The notes under the pieces: generated by a model | The model's input: only the letters and a program-made list of their open reading frames with translations | Told to the model about the DNA's origin: nothing | Database searches by the model: none | Shown here: positions 1-8,816 of the stretch, one piece after another | Layout: each line of letters opens with the position of its first letter | Position numbering within the stretch: position 1 is the stretch's first letter | Translations under genes and position numbers: made by a program | Assembly: GCA_024274695.1 (NCBI GenBank) | Contig: JAJSAI010000025.1 | Coordinates: 1-45,488 of the forward strand | Reading direction: 5' to 3' | Source of the DNA: an archaeon | GTDB lineage: Archaea > B1Sed10-29 > JAJSAI01 | DNA: 45,488 nucleotides

Positions 1-666
1 AAAGAACTTGAAAAGGCGGTCAAGAACGTGCTCAAGCCCGAGTACTACAAGATAATCACAAGACCCCCCGCCCTGTACAGAGGAGGAGTGCCGTTCATAG
101 TAGAGGCCGCAATAGCCTACGGCGGCGGCCTTGAAACAGAGTCACAAAAGCATAACGGGAACGACGTAAGCATCAAGATAATGAGGTTCGCTAACAGGGT
201 CCCTCTCCTGTTCGACGCGGGAGGCTGCGCGATAACAAAGGCGGTTAACAGTATTGACTGGAAAAGGTACGGTGTGACCCCTCAGACTCCCGTCACCGTG
301 ATCGTGAACTTTACATCAATCCACGTTCCTTACACAGGAGCAGGAAAAGAGGCGATAGCGGAAGAAGAGGAAGTAATGAAAGAGATAAGACTCGCCCTAC
401 AGGACGCGGGCAGAAGGGTTTCAGCATACCTGTCCGGAAAGAGAAGAAAAGCTGAAATGGAAAAGAAGAAGAGGACCCTGGAAGTGTACGCAATACCAGT
501 GGCTCAGTCCATCGCAGCAGTCACTGGCGCTGACTACGAGGACATACTGAACAGGCTTAGAAGAATCGTGGAATCAAGGTACCATGAGATAACGGAAGAA
601 CCTGAACCTGAAGAGCCCGTGCCAGAAGAAGAGTTGGAGGAAGATGCTGATGCCGAAGACGTCTGA
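1..666 (+). CDS. top6B: DNA topoisomerase VI subunit B, C-terminal part (5' truncated by window)
   Basis: Frame open from base 1; transducer-domain motifs TRPPALYRGGVPFIVEAAIAYGG, RFANRVPLLFDAGGCAIT, VPYTGAGKEAIA; directly upstream of top6A. Confidence 0.95.
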   Translation, partial: KELEKAVKNVLKPEYYKIITRPPALYRGGVPFIVEAAIAYGGGLETESQKHNGNDVSIKIMRFANRVPLLFDAGGCAITKAVNSIDWKRYGVTPQTPVTVIVNFTSIHVPYTGAGKEAIAEEEEVMKEIRLALQDAGRRVSAYLSGKRRKAEMEKKKRTLEVYAIPVAQSIAAVTGADYEDILNRLRRIVESRYHEITEEPEPEEPVPEEELEEDADAEDV

Positions 667-1756
667 AGAACTCAGGAGAGAACAAGAACTGCGCAGCATG
701 AAAAGGATAGAAGAGATGATGCGCAGGATACAGGACAGCATATACAAGGGGATGCCTCCTGAGTTTGAAATGCCTGTGAGGAAGGGAGTTTTTGACCCTG
801 AAAAGAAGAGACTGGTGCTTGGGACTTCCAAGACCAGGCGGAGATACATGAACGTAGCCCATACCAGAAAATTCATGCAGACCCTCAAGGTCGCAGAAAC
901 CTGCTATAACGAACTGCTGAAAAAGCACAAGACCACCACCATCAGAGACCTTTTCTATAGTGTTCTGGGAACCATACCAGGAACAAAAATACAGACGTTC
1001 AACGACCAAACAGAATCCAACCTCGTGTCCACAGACCTTGAAGTGGCACTTGGGCTCGCAAGAGAAGACCTGAACCTCGTGGCCGAAAGCAGCGGGTCAG
1101 TAGTTGGGGACGTGGTAATAGAAGATAACGGGGACATAATAGACTGGAGCAAGATGGGTTCAGGGGGCTGGAGCGTCCCCAGCGTGGTCGACCACATTGT
1201 CTTCAAGAAGGTTAACGCCAAGTTCATACTGTACGTGGAGAAGAAAGCAGTCTGGAACCGTCTCAGGGAGGACAACGTGTGGAAAAAGTACAAGTGCGTG
1301 CTCGTGGCCACGAGGGGACAGTCTGACAGAGGAACCAGAAGGCTCATAAAGCGTATGAGCGACGAGTTCGACCTGCCCGTGTACGTGTTCACGGACAGCG
1401 ACCCCTACGGGTGGTACATTTACTCTGTCATAAAGTACGGGTCAATGGCACTACCGCACACCAGCGAGTACCTTGCCACCACCAGGGCAAAGTTCGCGGG
1501 CATGAGCATGGATGACCTGGAAAAGTACGACATACCCAAGAGCCACACCCTGCCCAGGAAACCCGCTGACATAAAGAGGGCCAAGGAAATGCTGAAGTAC
1601 CCGTGGTTCCAGTCAGAATTCTGGCAGAGGCAGTTGAAGAAGGCAATACAAACCAAGAGAAAAGCAGAACTGCAGTCTCTTGCGAAATACGGTATTGAGT
1701 TCATTTCAGAAAAGTATATCCCTGACAAGCTCAAGAACCAAGACTTTGTAGACTGA
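644..1756 (+). CDS. top6A: DNA topoisomerase VI subunit A (Spo11 family)
   Basis: TIRDLFY catalytic-Tyr helix, Toprim motifs YVEK, TRGQ and FTDSDPYG, C-terminal KAELQSL. Start may be ATG 650 (better spacing from GGAGG at 636-640). Confidence 0.95.
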   Translation: MLMPKTSEELRREQELRSMKRIEEMMRRIQDSIYKGMPPEFEMPVRKGVFDPEKKRLVLGTSKTRRRYMNVAHTRKFMQTLKVAETCYNELLKKHKTTTIRDLFYSVLGTIPGTKIQTFNDQTESNLVSTDLEVALGLAREDLNLVAESSGSVVGDVVIEDNGDIIDWSKMGSGGWSVPSVVDHIVFKKVNAKFILYVEKKAVWNRLREDNVWKKYKCVLVATRGQSDRGTRRLIKRMSDEFDLPVYVFTDSDPYGWYIYSVIKYGSMALPHTSEYLATTRAKFAGMSMDDLEKYDIPKSHTLPRKPADIKRAKEMLKYPWFQSEFWQRQLKKAIQTKRKAELQSLAKYGIEFISEKYIPDKLKNQDFVD

Positions 1757-1763
1757 AAGGGGG

Positions 1764-2168
1764 ATGGAAGTCATGAAGGTATACCGGGAAAGAAAGCCTG
1801 AAAAACTCTTCAGAATACTCGCCCAAGAAAAGAAGGGCCAGCCGCACGATGAAGTGTACATAAGCGCGAGGCCCACGATCCCGATCCTGGACAGGATACT
1901 TGAAGTGCACCCTAATCTGAAGAAGCTTTACTGCCCGCCGAGCTTGTACCTGCAGACAGGGAAGCATACTTTCGCGAGAGCAAGAGAGCTTGGAGTGGAG
2001 ATACTCGGAGGCCCTTTCCAGACGGGCAGGCCTCCAAAGTATTCCAAGGAGGACATTAGCAGGATCATCTCAAAATGGAAAGCGGGCGTGCCTGTCAAGA
2101 GGATCTCGGAAGAACTCGGCATCCCCCTCAGGACCGTTTACTTCTACATCCAGGAGGAGAGAGCCTAA
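1764..2168 (+). CDS. DUF1699-like protein with C-terminal helix-turn-helix
   Basis: N-terminal ARPT..ILEVHPNLKKLYCPPSLY pattern of DUF1699; C-terminal GRPPK..GVPVKRISEELGIPLRTVYFY resolvase-type HTH. Confidence 0.7.
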   Translation: MEVMKVYRERKPEKLFRILAQEKKGQPHDEVYISARPTIPILDRILEVHPNLKKLYCPPSLYLQTGKHTFARARELGVEILGGPFQTGRPPKYSKEDISRIISKWKAGVPVKRISEELGIPLRTVYFYIQEERA

Positions 2169-2857
2169 GAGGCTTTCTTCCTCCGTTCAATTCTTTTTTT
2201 GATGTTGACTATAACCGTCTGCTCTGCAGGAGTTAGTTTTTCTCCTCTGTTATACCTCTCAACGAGCTTCAGCTCCCTCTCAGAGAGAGGGGTGTCCTCT
2301 GGCACTATAAGCAGTTCTCTGGGGCGGGCGAGCTTGGAGTACTTATACTCTTCTTCCCTCGCCATTATCCTTCCCGGGCCTCCAAGCTTTTCTATCAGGG
2401 CATGGTAAGCGCCAAGGCTTGTCTCAGGCTCTGGAGGAGAGTACTTTTCCAGCCGCCTCCGCAGTCTTCCTATTATCCTGTACTCTCCCGCGCTGAGCCT
2501 ATCCCCCAGGTTCCAGGCCTCCACCGCGCGCAGCTCTTCCTCGGAAACCTCAAACCCCTCTGGGAGGGCTATCTTTTCGCGGAAGGCTTTCTCACGGGTC
2601 CTGCCCTTTTCCCACCGTTCTATCCGGCCCTTGACAGACCTTACCCGGACAAGCTCGTCACCAGAAACCCTCTTGCCCGAGTTCCACTTCCTAACCGCTT
2701 TTTCCTCTTCCTCGGAAAGAGAAAATCCTTCAGGAACAAGGACAAGGATTCTCTTGCGCCCGGTCTCGGCCCTGATAACCCCCGGACCGCCCATTTTCCT
2801 GAGCAGGGAGAAAAACCTGCCCAAACGCCTTTCCTTCGCTCTCCTTCTGAACCCCAT
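2165..2857 (-). CDS. Hypothetical basic protein with three internal ~45-aa repeats
   Basis: Start set at ATG 2857 (MGFRRR), about 20-25 nt after a TTTTATAA box; purine-rich codon usage like neighbours; repeats P(E)xxx(L/V)SExExxxVxx(W/Y)NxGxx(L/V). Confidence 0.7.
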   Translation of the reverse strand: MGFRRRAKERRLGRFFSLLRKMGGPGVIRAETGRKRILVLVPEGFSLSEEEEKAVRKWNSGKRVSGDELVRVRSVKGRIERWEKGRTREKAFREKIALPEGFEVSEEELRAVEAWNLGDRLSAGEYRIIGRLRRRLEKYSPPEPETSLGAYHALIEKLGGPGRIMAREEEYKYSKLARPRELLIVPEDTPLSERELKLVERYNRGEKLTPAEQTVIVNIKKRIERRKKAS

Positions 2858-2956
2858 GCAAAAGAAAAGGAAGAGCATGTTATAAAAACGTTCCAGCAAG
2901 AAGGGAAAACTTTTTAAGCTGCCCGGGCTAAAAAAGGTTGGCGGTTTTTCTTTGTT

Positions 2957-3032
2957 GCCTCGGTAGCTCAGTGGCTAGAGCGCGTGGCTGTTAACCACGA
3001 GGTCGCCGGTTCGAATCCGGCCCGAGGCGCCA
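2957..3032 (+). tRNA. tRNA-Asn (GTT), CCA encoded
   Basis: Acceptor GCCTCGG/CCGAGGC, D arm TAGCTCAGTGGCTAGAGC, anticodon arm CGTGG-CT-GTT-AA-CCACG, T loop GGTTCGAATCC, discriminator G plus CCA. Confidence 0.96.
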
Positions 3033-3049
3033 AACCAAAAGTATAAAAT

Positions 3050-4615
3050 TTACCTGCGCCACGTTTTCTTTACCGCGCACGCCAGACAAGCGCAGGCGAA
3101 CAGCACCAGAACGATTACCAGATCAACTTCCGGCGCTGACACGAATGAGACCGTGACGCGGACCGGGCTCACTTCCACGGCTCCCGAGTGCGTCAAGCCG
3201 GATAAGACGTAGTATCCTTGCGATGCGTTAAGGTCCAAGAGAACTCCTCCTGCAGACGTGCAGTTGTCCCGGGTTACGCTCGTGAGAACGGTTTCTTGAA
3301 CAGCCCCGTCAATAACGCAAAGAGACCCTGTGTTTCTAGCCGCGGGCACGTAGAGGGTTTTCGCTCCAGACTGCACAATCCCTGCTGGGACCTGAACATA
3401 CGCGTACCCCCTGCCGTCAGAGGTTACGTTACTAGTCCCGTTAAGGCCTGAGGCGCTGGGACCGGCGGTAAAATTCACTGGAATAACCATCAGGAGCTTT
3501 CCTGTCCTGAGGTCATGCACCGTTACGTTGTGCACTCCTATGAAGTAGCTCTCGTTGGCCAGTGTGCCGTTCACCGTGAAATTGAACATGGTGCCAACGC
3601 CGGTCACGTCCAGCTTGTTTCCTATGAACGCGCTCAGGGGAAGGTTATCCACGTTGCCTGTCTCCAAGGAGAAGGGAGAGTCGCATATCCCGTTCAGGTC
3701 AGCATCAACACAGGTGTTACTGTACCCTCCGCCCGTGGAGTTAATGTAACAATTGCCGCCTATTTGATTCCCTAAGCCGCACACCGGCTCGCCCGCCTGA
3801 GGGGTGCCTGTGTCCCACGTGTTCGAGTTTAGAGTGCCTGAAAAAAGAACATGTGTTGTGGCATTGAAGAGGTTATTGTATATCGTGTTAGAGTATGAAG
3901 AATACAACTCTATTCCCACGGCTGTCCCGTGTACCCTATTGCCTATTATTTTGCAGTTGTTATAGGACCCGAGGTATATCCCTTCACTAGAGCCCGATCC
4001 CCGTACTATGTTGTCCCGGACCGTACAGTAACTCCCTACTATCTGAAGCCCTGTTCCTGTCCCCACGTTCACGATAGTGTTACCCTGGACAGTATTCCAG
4101 GCAGTGACATATATCCCGATCCCAGCGCTTGACTTTAGGTCAAGATAGTTTGAGTATACCCTAAGGTCCGAGGGTTGCACAAGAGCAGCGGTGGAAGGTC
4201 CGCTTATCAGGGTGTTATTGATAATATTTCCAGAACTTGTTGTTCCGTATACTGCATAGTACCCTGGACCAGAGACGGTGTTATTGAGTATGTTCACGTT
4301 AGTGCATGACTGAGAGTATAGTCCATAGTAATATCCTGTAATGCGTGAGTCCCTGATGGTAATATTGTCCGCGCCATTACACCACACGCCAGAACCTGAT
4401 GTGCCTCCGGTGAGCGTGTATCCGCTCCCGTAGAGGGTAACATTATCCGAGAGGATCCCTATACAGTAATTCTGCCCTGTCTGGAGGCCTGACAGGTCCG
4501 CGGTGAGGTAGTACTCTCCGGGAGAGGTTATGTTAGAGCACGCGGTTATGCTTACCGCGATCGCGGGGTTCAGCAGCAGAACTGTTATGATAATTTTTTT
4601 GCTCTGGCAGGTCAA
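3050..4615 (-). CDS. Secreted right-handed beta-helix (NosD/pectin-lyase-like) surface glycoprotein with C-terminal membrane anchor
   Basis: TTG start after GGGGTGA; signal peptide; ITxCxxITxPGxYYLTxDL start motif, N/G/I-rich beta-helix repeats, NTIYNNLFN, GGNCY and DxDxNGICDSPF motifs; many NxS/T sequons; ends APE-hydrophobic helix-KKTWRR. Confidence 0.85.
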   Translation of the reverse strand: MTCQSKKIIITVLLLNPAIAVSITACSNITSPGEYYLTADLSGLQTGQNYCIGILSDNVTLYGSGYTLTGGTSGSGVWCNGADNITIRDSRITGYYYGLYSQSCTNVNILNNTVSGPGYYAVYGTTSSGNIINNTLISGPSTAALVQPSDLRVYSNYLDLKSSAGIGIYVTAWNTVQGNTIVNVGTGTGLQIVGSYCTVRDNIVRGSGSSEGIYLGSYNNCKIIGNRVHGTAVGIELYSSYSNTIYNNLFNATTHVLFSGTLNSNTWDTGTPQAGEPVCGLGNQIGGNCYINSTGGGYSNTCVDADLNGICDSPFSLETGNVDNLPLSAFIGNKLDVTGVGTMFNFTVNGTLANESYFIGVHNVTVHDLRTGKLLMVIPVNFTAGPSASGLNGTSNVTSDGRGYAYVQVPAGIVQSGAKTLYVPAARNTGSLCVIDGAVQETVLTSVTRDNCTSAGGVLLDLNASQGYYVLSGLTHSGAVEVSPVRVTVSFVSAPEVDLVIVLVLFACACLACAVKKTWRR

Positions 4616-4713
4616 CTTATTTCACCCCTACCACCAAAAAGTGAAGGAACTGTATAAAAATCTTCCGGCTGCCGCCCTAGCCCGGTCCACGCGCCCATTA
4701 CCGCGGGAAAGGA

Positions 4714-5319
4714 TTAATTTCTTCTAACCGGTCCTCTCCGGACCTTCTTCCTTATCTTCTTGAATTTTTTGGGCTCCTGTGAAGGCTTTTTGATTATCAC
4801 CCTAACGTACTTCCTCCAGAACCTTGCTCCGAGAGACATTTTGGAGGATGTTTTGCCCTCAAGCACTTTAGAAATTTCTTCACCCTCTTCTTCGTGCGGC
4901 GCGTTCCTAAACCTTCTTATCTCAACCTTGTATCCTGCTTTTTCTAGAGCCCTTTTGAGGTTCTCAAAATAATCTACTATTCTTTTGTTGGTTGAGTCAA
5001 AATAGACGGTTTCTTTGCGTATCACTATTTTTCCCCCCGGCTTAAGCTGGGACAAAAATTTTGTTCTGAACAGGTCTGGGACTGCCTCCTGAAAGTTGAA
5101 GATGATCATGTCCGCTTTGTACGGGAGTTTCATCGTGTAGTAGTTTCCTCTCACTAGCCTTACGTTTGGAGGGGCGTTTTGGGGGAGTGAGACTTTCCTA
5201 GAGTCTACTGCGATCACGAGAGTGTCCGGGTGCTTTCTGGCGTAGTTGACCGCGTCAAGGGCCCACGGCCCGCAGCCGAGGTCGTAAACAACCTTCTTGT
5301 ACCTTATTTTTTTGACCAT
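4714..5319 (-). CDS. Class I SAM-dependent methyltransferase-like protein with basic termini
   Basis: Motif I VYDLGCGP, post-I VIAVD, ADMIIFN and LKPGGKIVI. Confidence 0.8.
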   Translation of the reverse strand: MVKKIRYKKVVYDLGCGPWALDAVNYARKHPDTLVIAVDSRKVSLPQNAPPNVRLVRGNYYTMKLPYKADMIIFNFQEAVPDLFRTKFLSQLKPGGKIVIRKETVYFDSTNKRIVDYFENLKRALEKAGYKVEIRRFRNAPHEEEGEEISKVLEGKTSSKMSLGARFWRKYVRVIIKKPSQEPKKFKKIRKKVRRGPVRRN

Positions 5320-5368
5320 TGGGAAAAAGAGGGGGTGCGGCTTTTTTAATCTTTTCCAAGGAAGGACC

Positions 5369-5788
5369 TCAATCTTTTTTCAGGGCTTTGAGTCTTTCCT
5401 TCAGTTTCTTGATTTTCTTTTCCTTTTCCAGCTGTTCTAGGGCGAAGAGGGCTTTGTCAAGCTCTTCCCCTTCCAGACTGGCGAGATACTCCCAGAATTT
5501 CAGCTGGTCTTTCACAGGGTCCCGCAGCACTTCCTTGACGTACTCTGGAGCTGCGTCAGCAGCCTGTTTCATTCTCTGCAGGATTCTCAGTTGTTCGCCT
5601 ATCGGTTTCTGAGATAGGTCCAGCTTGAGCTGTACTGGGGCCCTCCGGAAGTACTCGTTGGCCTTTTCCATTTCGCGTACTGTGGTTTCAAGAACCTTTT
5701 TCAGCGTTCCTTTTTCTTTGAGTGATTCAAGTTTTTTCTTCAGTTCTTTTAACTCTTGCCCGGAGAGGGCCTTCCGAGGTTTCTGCAT
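5369..5788 (-). CDS. Hypothetical helical/coiled-coil protein
   Basis: ATG preceded by AGGTGA; K/E/L-rich; no recognisable family. Confidence 0.65.
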   Translation of the reverse strand: MQKPRKALSGQELKELKKKLESLKEKGTLKKVLETTVREMEKANEYFRRAPVQLKLDLSQKPIGEQLRILQRMKQAADAAPEYVKEVLRDPVKDQLKFWEYLASLEGEELDKALFALEQLEKEKKIKKLKERLKALKKD

Positions 5789-5811
5789 TTGTTCACCTGT
5801 GTTTTATTTTG

Positions 5812-6279
5812 TTAGAGGTTTTTCTTAAAAGATTCTATTAATGGCGAATATCCTCTGGATAGGTAGAACTGTCTTGCCTTGCTATTGTTGGAGTATACGA
5901 TCACCGAAGCGGCAGAGCATCCTTTCTCTTTTAGGCGGGTCTCGGCTTCTTTCAGGAGCAGTGTTCCCACTCCCTTTTTCCTGTGGTCCTTTTTAACGAA
6001 GATCGTTTCTATTTCTCCTTCCTTGAACCCGTCCTGGGCTACTGTCACCCTTGCTGACAGGAATCCGGTCGCTCCACCGTCAGGATCTTTCGCTATCAGG
6101 ACAACCCTGGACGGGTCTGCTATCATTCTCGCTATCTTTTCAGGAGTCGCTCCTTTTTCCCAGTGTTCCTGTATTCTTTTCGCCCACTTGGGGAGTAGGG
6201 ATAGTTCGTATTCTCTCAGTTCTTGGCACATTCTCGCGATGCTGATAGCGTCATCAGGGCCTGCCAGCGTGACGCGCGT
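5812..6279 (-). CDS. GNAT family N-acetyltransferase
   Basis: IETIFVKKDHRKKGVGTLLL acetyl-CoA motif A and NNSKARQFYLSRGY motif B. Start uncertain: ACG 6279 proposed; alternatives TTG 6351 and ATG 6231. Confidence 0.85.
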   Translation of the reverse strand, partial: TRVTLAGPDDAISIARMCQELREYELSLLPKWAKRIQEHWEKGATPEKIARMIADPSRVVLIAKDPDGGATGFLSARVTVAQDGFKEGEIETIFVKKDHRKKGVGTLLLKEAETRLKEKGCSAASVIVYSNNSKARQFYLSRGYSPLIESFKKNL

Positions 6280-6280
6280 C

Positions 6281-6757
6281 TTACTCTTTTCTTTTGATCC
6301 TACGGACTTCAAGAATTTCCGCTCCCCCGATCTTTTTTGTTGAGTACTCAAGAATGTAGGGTGTGTCCCGGTACTTTGCGGCTAGTAGTCTCACCGTTTC
6401 CATGGCCTCCACTGAGGGGTTCACGAACCGCACCGTCCCGTTCCCGTCCCTCAAGAGCTTGAGCAAGGCCTGTTCTCTTATCTTCTGCACGCCCCTCACG
6501 GGAGAGAAATGGAAGTGGACCACGTTGTCTTTTGTCTTTTCTATTACTCCCACTGGCTCTCCTTCGCCTACCCTCACGAGCAGGATTCCTCTGTCTTCTT
6601 TCACGCTCGGGATTCCTTTCAGTATTCCCCTCTGCCTGTAGGACCGCACCATCAGGTGGACTGCCCTTACCTTGTCCTCCCCTGTTTTCAATCGCGAGAA
6701 TCTCACGCTTTTTTCTAGGAGGGTCTCTTTTTTCAGCACCCTAAGTTTCCTTGCCAA
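6281..6757 (-). CDS. Hypothetical basic protein, possibly a degenerate GNAT-like alpha/beta fold
   Basis: TTG start after GGAGGG, overlapping the upstream gene; GILLVRVGEGEPVGVI hairpin resembles GNAT beta2-beta3 but no CoA motif is present. Confidence 0.55.
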   Translation of the reverse strand: MARKLRVLKKETLLEKSVRFSRLKTGEDKVRAVHLMVRSYRQRGILKGIPSVKEDRGILLVRVGEGEPVGVIEKTKDNVVHFHFSPVRGVQKIREQALLKLLRDGNGTVRFVNPSVEAMETVRLLAAKYRDTPYILEYSTKKIGGAEILEVRRIKRKE

Positions 6758-8060
6758 GTTCCTGTCCCTCCAGCAGTCTTTTCACGCCTGCCGTGAGGCT
6801 TGCAAGGGCTTCCCTTTGAGCGACAGGGTTTTTCTTGTCTTTTACGGCCTCCCAAGCTGATTCCCCAAGTAGGTTGGGTATGCTCATCCCAAGCTCTTCC
6901 GCAGCCTCTTGTATTGCTTTGTATGTCTCGGAATCGTGCTTGAAGTAGCATGCGATCTTCTCGTACCTGTGCGCGTGGGCTTCCAGGAATTTTTTAACCC
7001 TCTCTTTAGTGACCTTAATGTACTCCTCCTTTATTTCAGGGGTCTCCTCCCACTCAGGCCAGTCGTATGAGTTGAAGGGATAGTAGTCCGAGAACTCTAT
7101 GGGCACCACTCCAGGTGTTGATACTACCACCCTGTGTATGTCGCGCAGGTGCCCTGTCCTCTTGAGCGCCTGGAATATTTTTTGGTGGGTCTGGCTTTTC
7201 GGGTAGGGTTTTCGGTACGAGCACGGGAGGAATAATAACAGTTTTTTGGGCTTTGGCTCGTAGAACCTCTGAAAGTAGTCCTGCCATACTTCAAAGTGAG
7301 GGTGCCTGAGGGACTGGGACGTGGCCCCCACTATCTTTTCTCTTTTTTCAGGAGGGAACTTTGGAACGAACAGGTAATTCTGGAAGTCAACTTCTACCTT
7401 GGGGTTGGACTCCCACTTTTCCACCCATTCCTTGAACTGTTTCTTGTCAAGGGGACTCCATTCTCCCCTGATCCACATGTCAAACAGGGGGGCCTTAGAA
7501 TGAGGAAACGTGTTTATTGCGACGACTTCGTCGGAGTGCTCCAGTGCGAACTCCATTGTCCGGTCAAAGTCTTCTCTTGTCCCAAAGGGTATGTTAACCA
7601 TGACGTACGTTCTGATCCTCGCGCCGAAGTCCCTGAGGACTTTGACCGCTTTCAGGTAATCCCGGACCGTGAATCCTTTCGCGTACTTTTTGAGGATCTC
7701 GTCATTTGCTGACTCCAGGCCTATGGCTACTGTGAGTTTGAGTCCCTTGAAGGGCTCCAGCGCCTCAGGGGTTATGAACTCTGGCCTGGACTCTATCACT
7801 AATTCTTTTACTCCTTTTTCCTTGAGGTATTCCGCGAGCCACTTTCTAAACTCCGGGGAGAACTGGTTGTCGTCAAGCAGTGATCCTGACGCGAAGATCT
7901 TGAGCTTGTCAACCCCTGACAGGTTCCTCTTTTTTATGATTTCTTTCGCTTCTTCCTCAGTGTACTTTCCCTGGATTCTTCCCCAGCCGCAGGCGTAGCA
8001 CTTCCCCCAACTGCACTTTCCAACGCTGAGTATCAGTGTTTCTGTCCTCATGTTTTTCAC
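6741..8060 (-). CDS. Fusion of RaSEA-like radical SAM domain and archaeosine synthase ArcS core (DUF5591-type) domain
   Basis: N-half CSWGKCYACG, KIFASGSLLD, VIESRPEFI, AIGLESANDEIL (RaSEA-like); C-half LPCSYRKPYPKSQTH (ArcS PCx3KPYx2Sx2H) and STPGVVPIEFSDYYPFNSYD. Confidence 0.85.
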   Translation of the reverse strand: MKNMRTETLILSVGKCSWGKCYACGWGRIQGKYTEEEAKEIIKKRNLSGVDKLKIFASGSLLDDNQFSPEFRKWLAEYLKEKGVKELVIESRPEFITPEALEPFKGLKLTVAIGLESANDEILKKYAKGFTVRDYLKAVKVLRDFGARIRTYVMVNIPFGTREDFDRTMEFALEHSDEVVAINTFPHSKAPLFDMWIRGEWSPLDKKQFKEWVEKWESNPKVEVDFQNYLFVPKFPPEKREKIVGATSQSLRHPHFEVWQDYFQRFYEPKPKKLLLFLPCSYRKPYPKSQTHQKIFQALKRTGHLRDIHRVVVSTPGVVPIEFSDYYPFNSYDWPEWEETPEIKEEYIKVTKERVKKFLEAHAHRYEKIACYFKHDSETYKAIQEAAEELGMSIPNLLGESAWEAVKDKKNPVAQREALASLTAGVKRLLEGQELGKET

Positions 8061-8815
8061 GATATCCGGTTGTAGACTCCCTTCAGCTCAAGAGGAGAGA
8101 GGCTTCGCACTTTTCTCTCGTCAGCTAATTCTTTTCCGTAAAGGTCTTGAACGACCCTCCCAATGTTTTTGTTGGGGTGCCTGAAGACCTGCTTGACGAA
8201 TTCTTCAAAGCCCTTGTCCTTTGCAATATCCTTCTTTTTGAGGATCACCACCGCCGCGTCCACCTTCGGCATAGGGTGGAACGCGCCTCTTGGCACGGTT
8301 TCCTTTATTCTGCCCTCGTAGTAGTACTGGGTTATGACCGAAACATGCCCGTAGCCAGGCCACCCTGGATCGGCGAGCAGTTTTTCCGCGAACTCCTTCT
8401 GGAACGTGAGCACGGCGAGGTCAGGGGCCTCCTGGACTATTTTCATTATGATGTCAGAGGATGAGGAGAAGGGAATGTTTGAAACGGTCTTGTTGTACTC
8501 TGGCACCTGTGTTTTCAGGTAGTCCTGGAACACGAACGTGATGTTGTTGTATTCTGAGAGCTCTGACGTGAGAAGTTTTTCCAGTCTCCTGTCTTTCTCA
8601 ACCGCTATTACCCTGCCCGCCCTCTTGGCAAGTTCTTTCGTGAGAAATCCGGGGCCCGGGCCGATTTCTAGCACGGTGTCTTCTCTGGTTATTTCAGCGT
8701 ATCTTACCATTCTTTCTATGATGCCGAAGTCTATCATGAAGTACTGGTCGAGCGCGTGGGATTGTCTGAAGTGGTACTTGGCGCAGAGTTTTAGCAGTTG
8801 TGGGCGAAGGTTCAT
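8057..8815 (-). CDS. ksgA: 16S rRNA adenine dimethyltransferase KsgA/Dim1
   Basis: LDQYFM, VLEIGPGPGFLT, VSNIPF, TFQKEFAEKL, FHPMPKVDAAV motifs; conserved operon position. Confidence 0.93.
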   Translation of the reverse strand: MNLRPQLLKLCAKYHFRQSHALDQYFMIDFGIIERMVRYAEITREDTVLEIGPGPGFLTKELAKRAGRVIAVEKDRRLEKLLTSELSEYNNITFVFQDYLKTQVPEYNKTVSNIPFSSSSDIIMKIVQEAPDLAVLTFQKEFAEKLLADPGWPGYGHVSVITQYYYEGRIKETVPRGAFHPMPKVDAAVVILKKKDIAKDKGFEEFVKQVFRHPNKNIGRVVQDLYGKELADERKVRSLSPLELKGVYNRIS

Positions 8816-8816
8816 T

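Noticed and set aside
4662-4713. GC-rich intergenic stretch containing CCGCGGTAAT (minus strand), resembling a 16S rRNA conserved motif or a small RNA
   Set aside because: Only a 10-nt match, no convincing stable fold, and too short for a known RNA.
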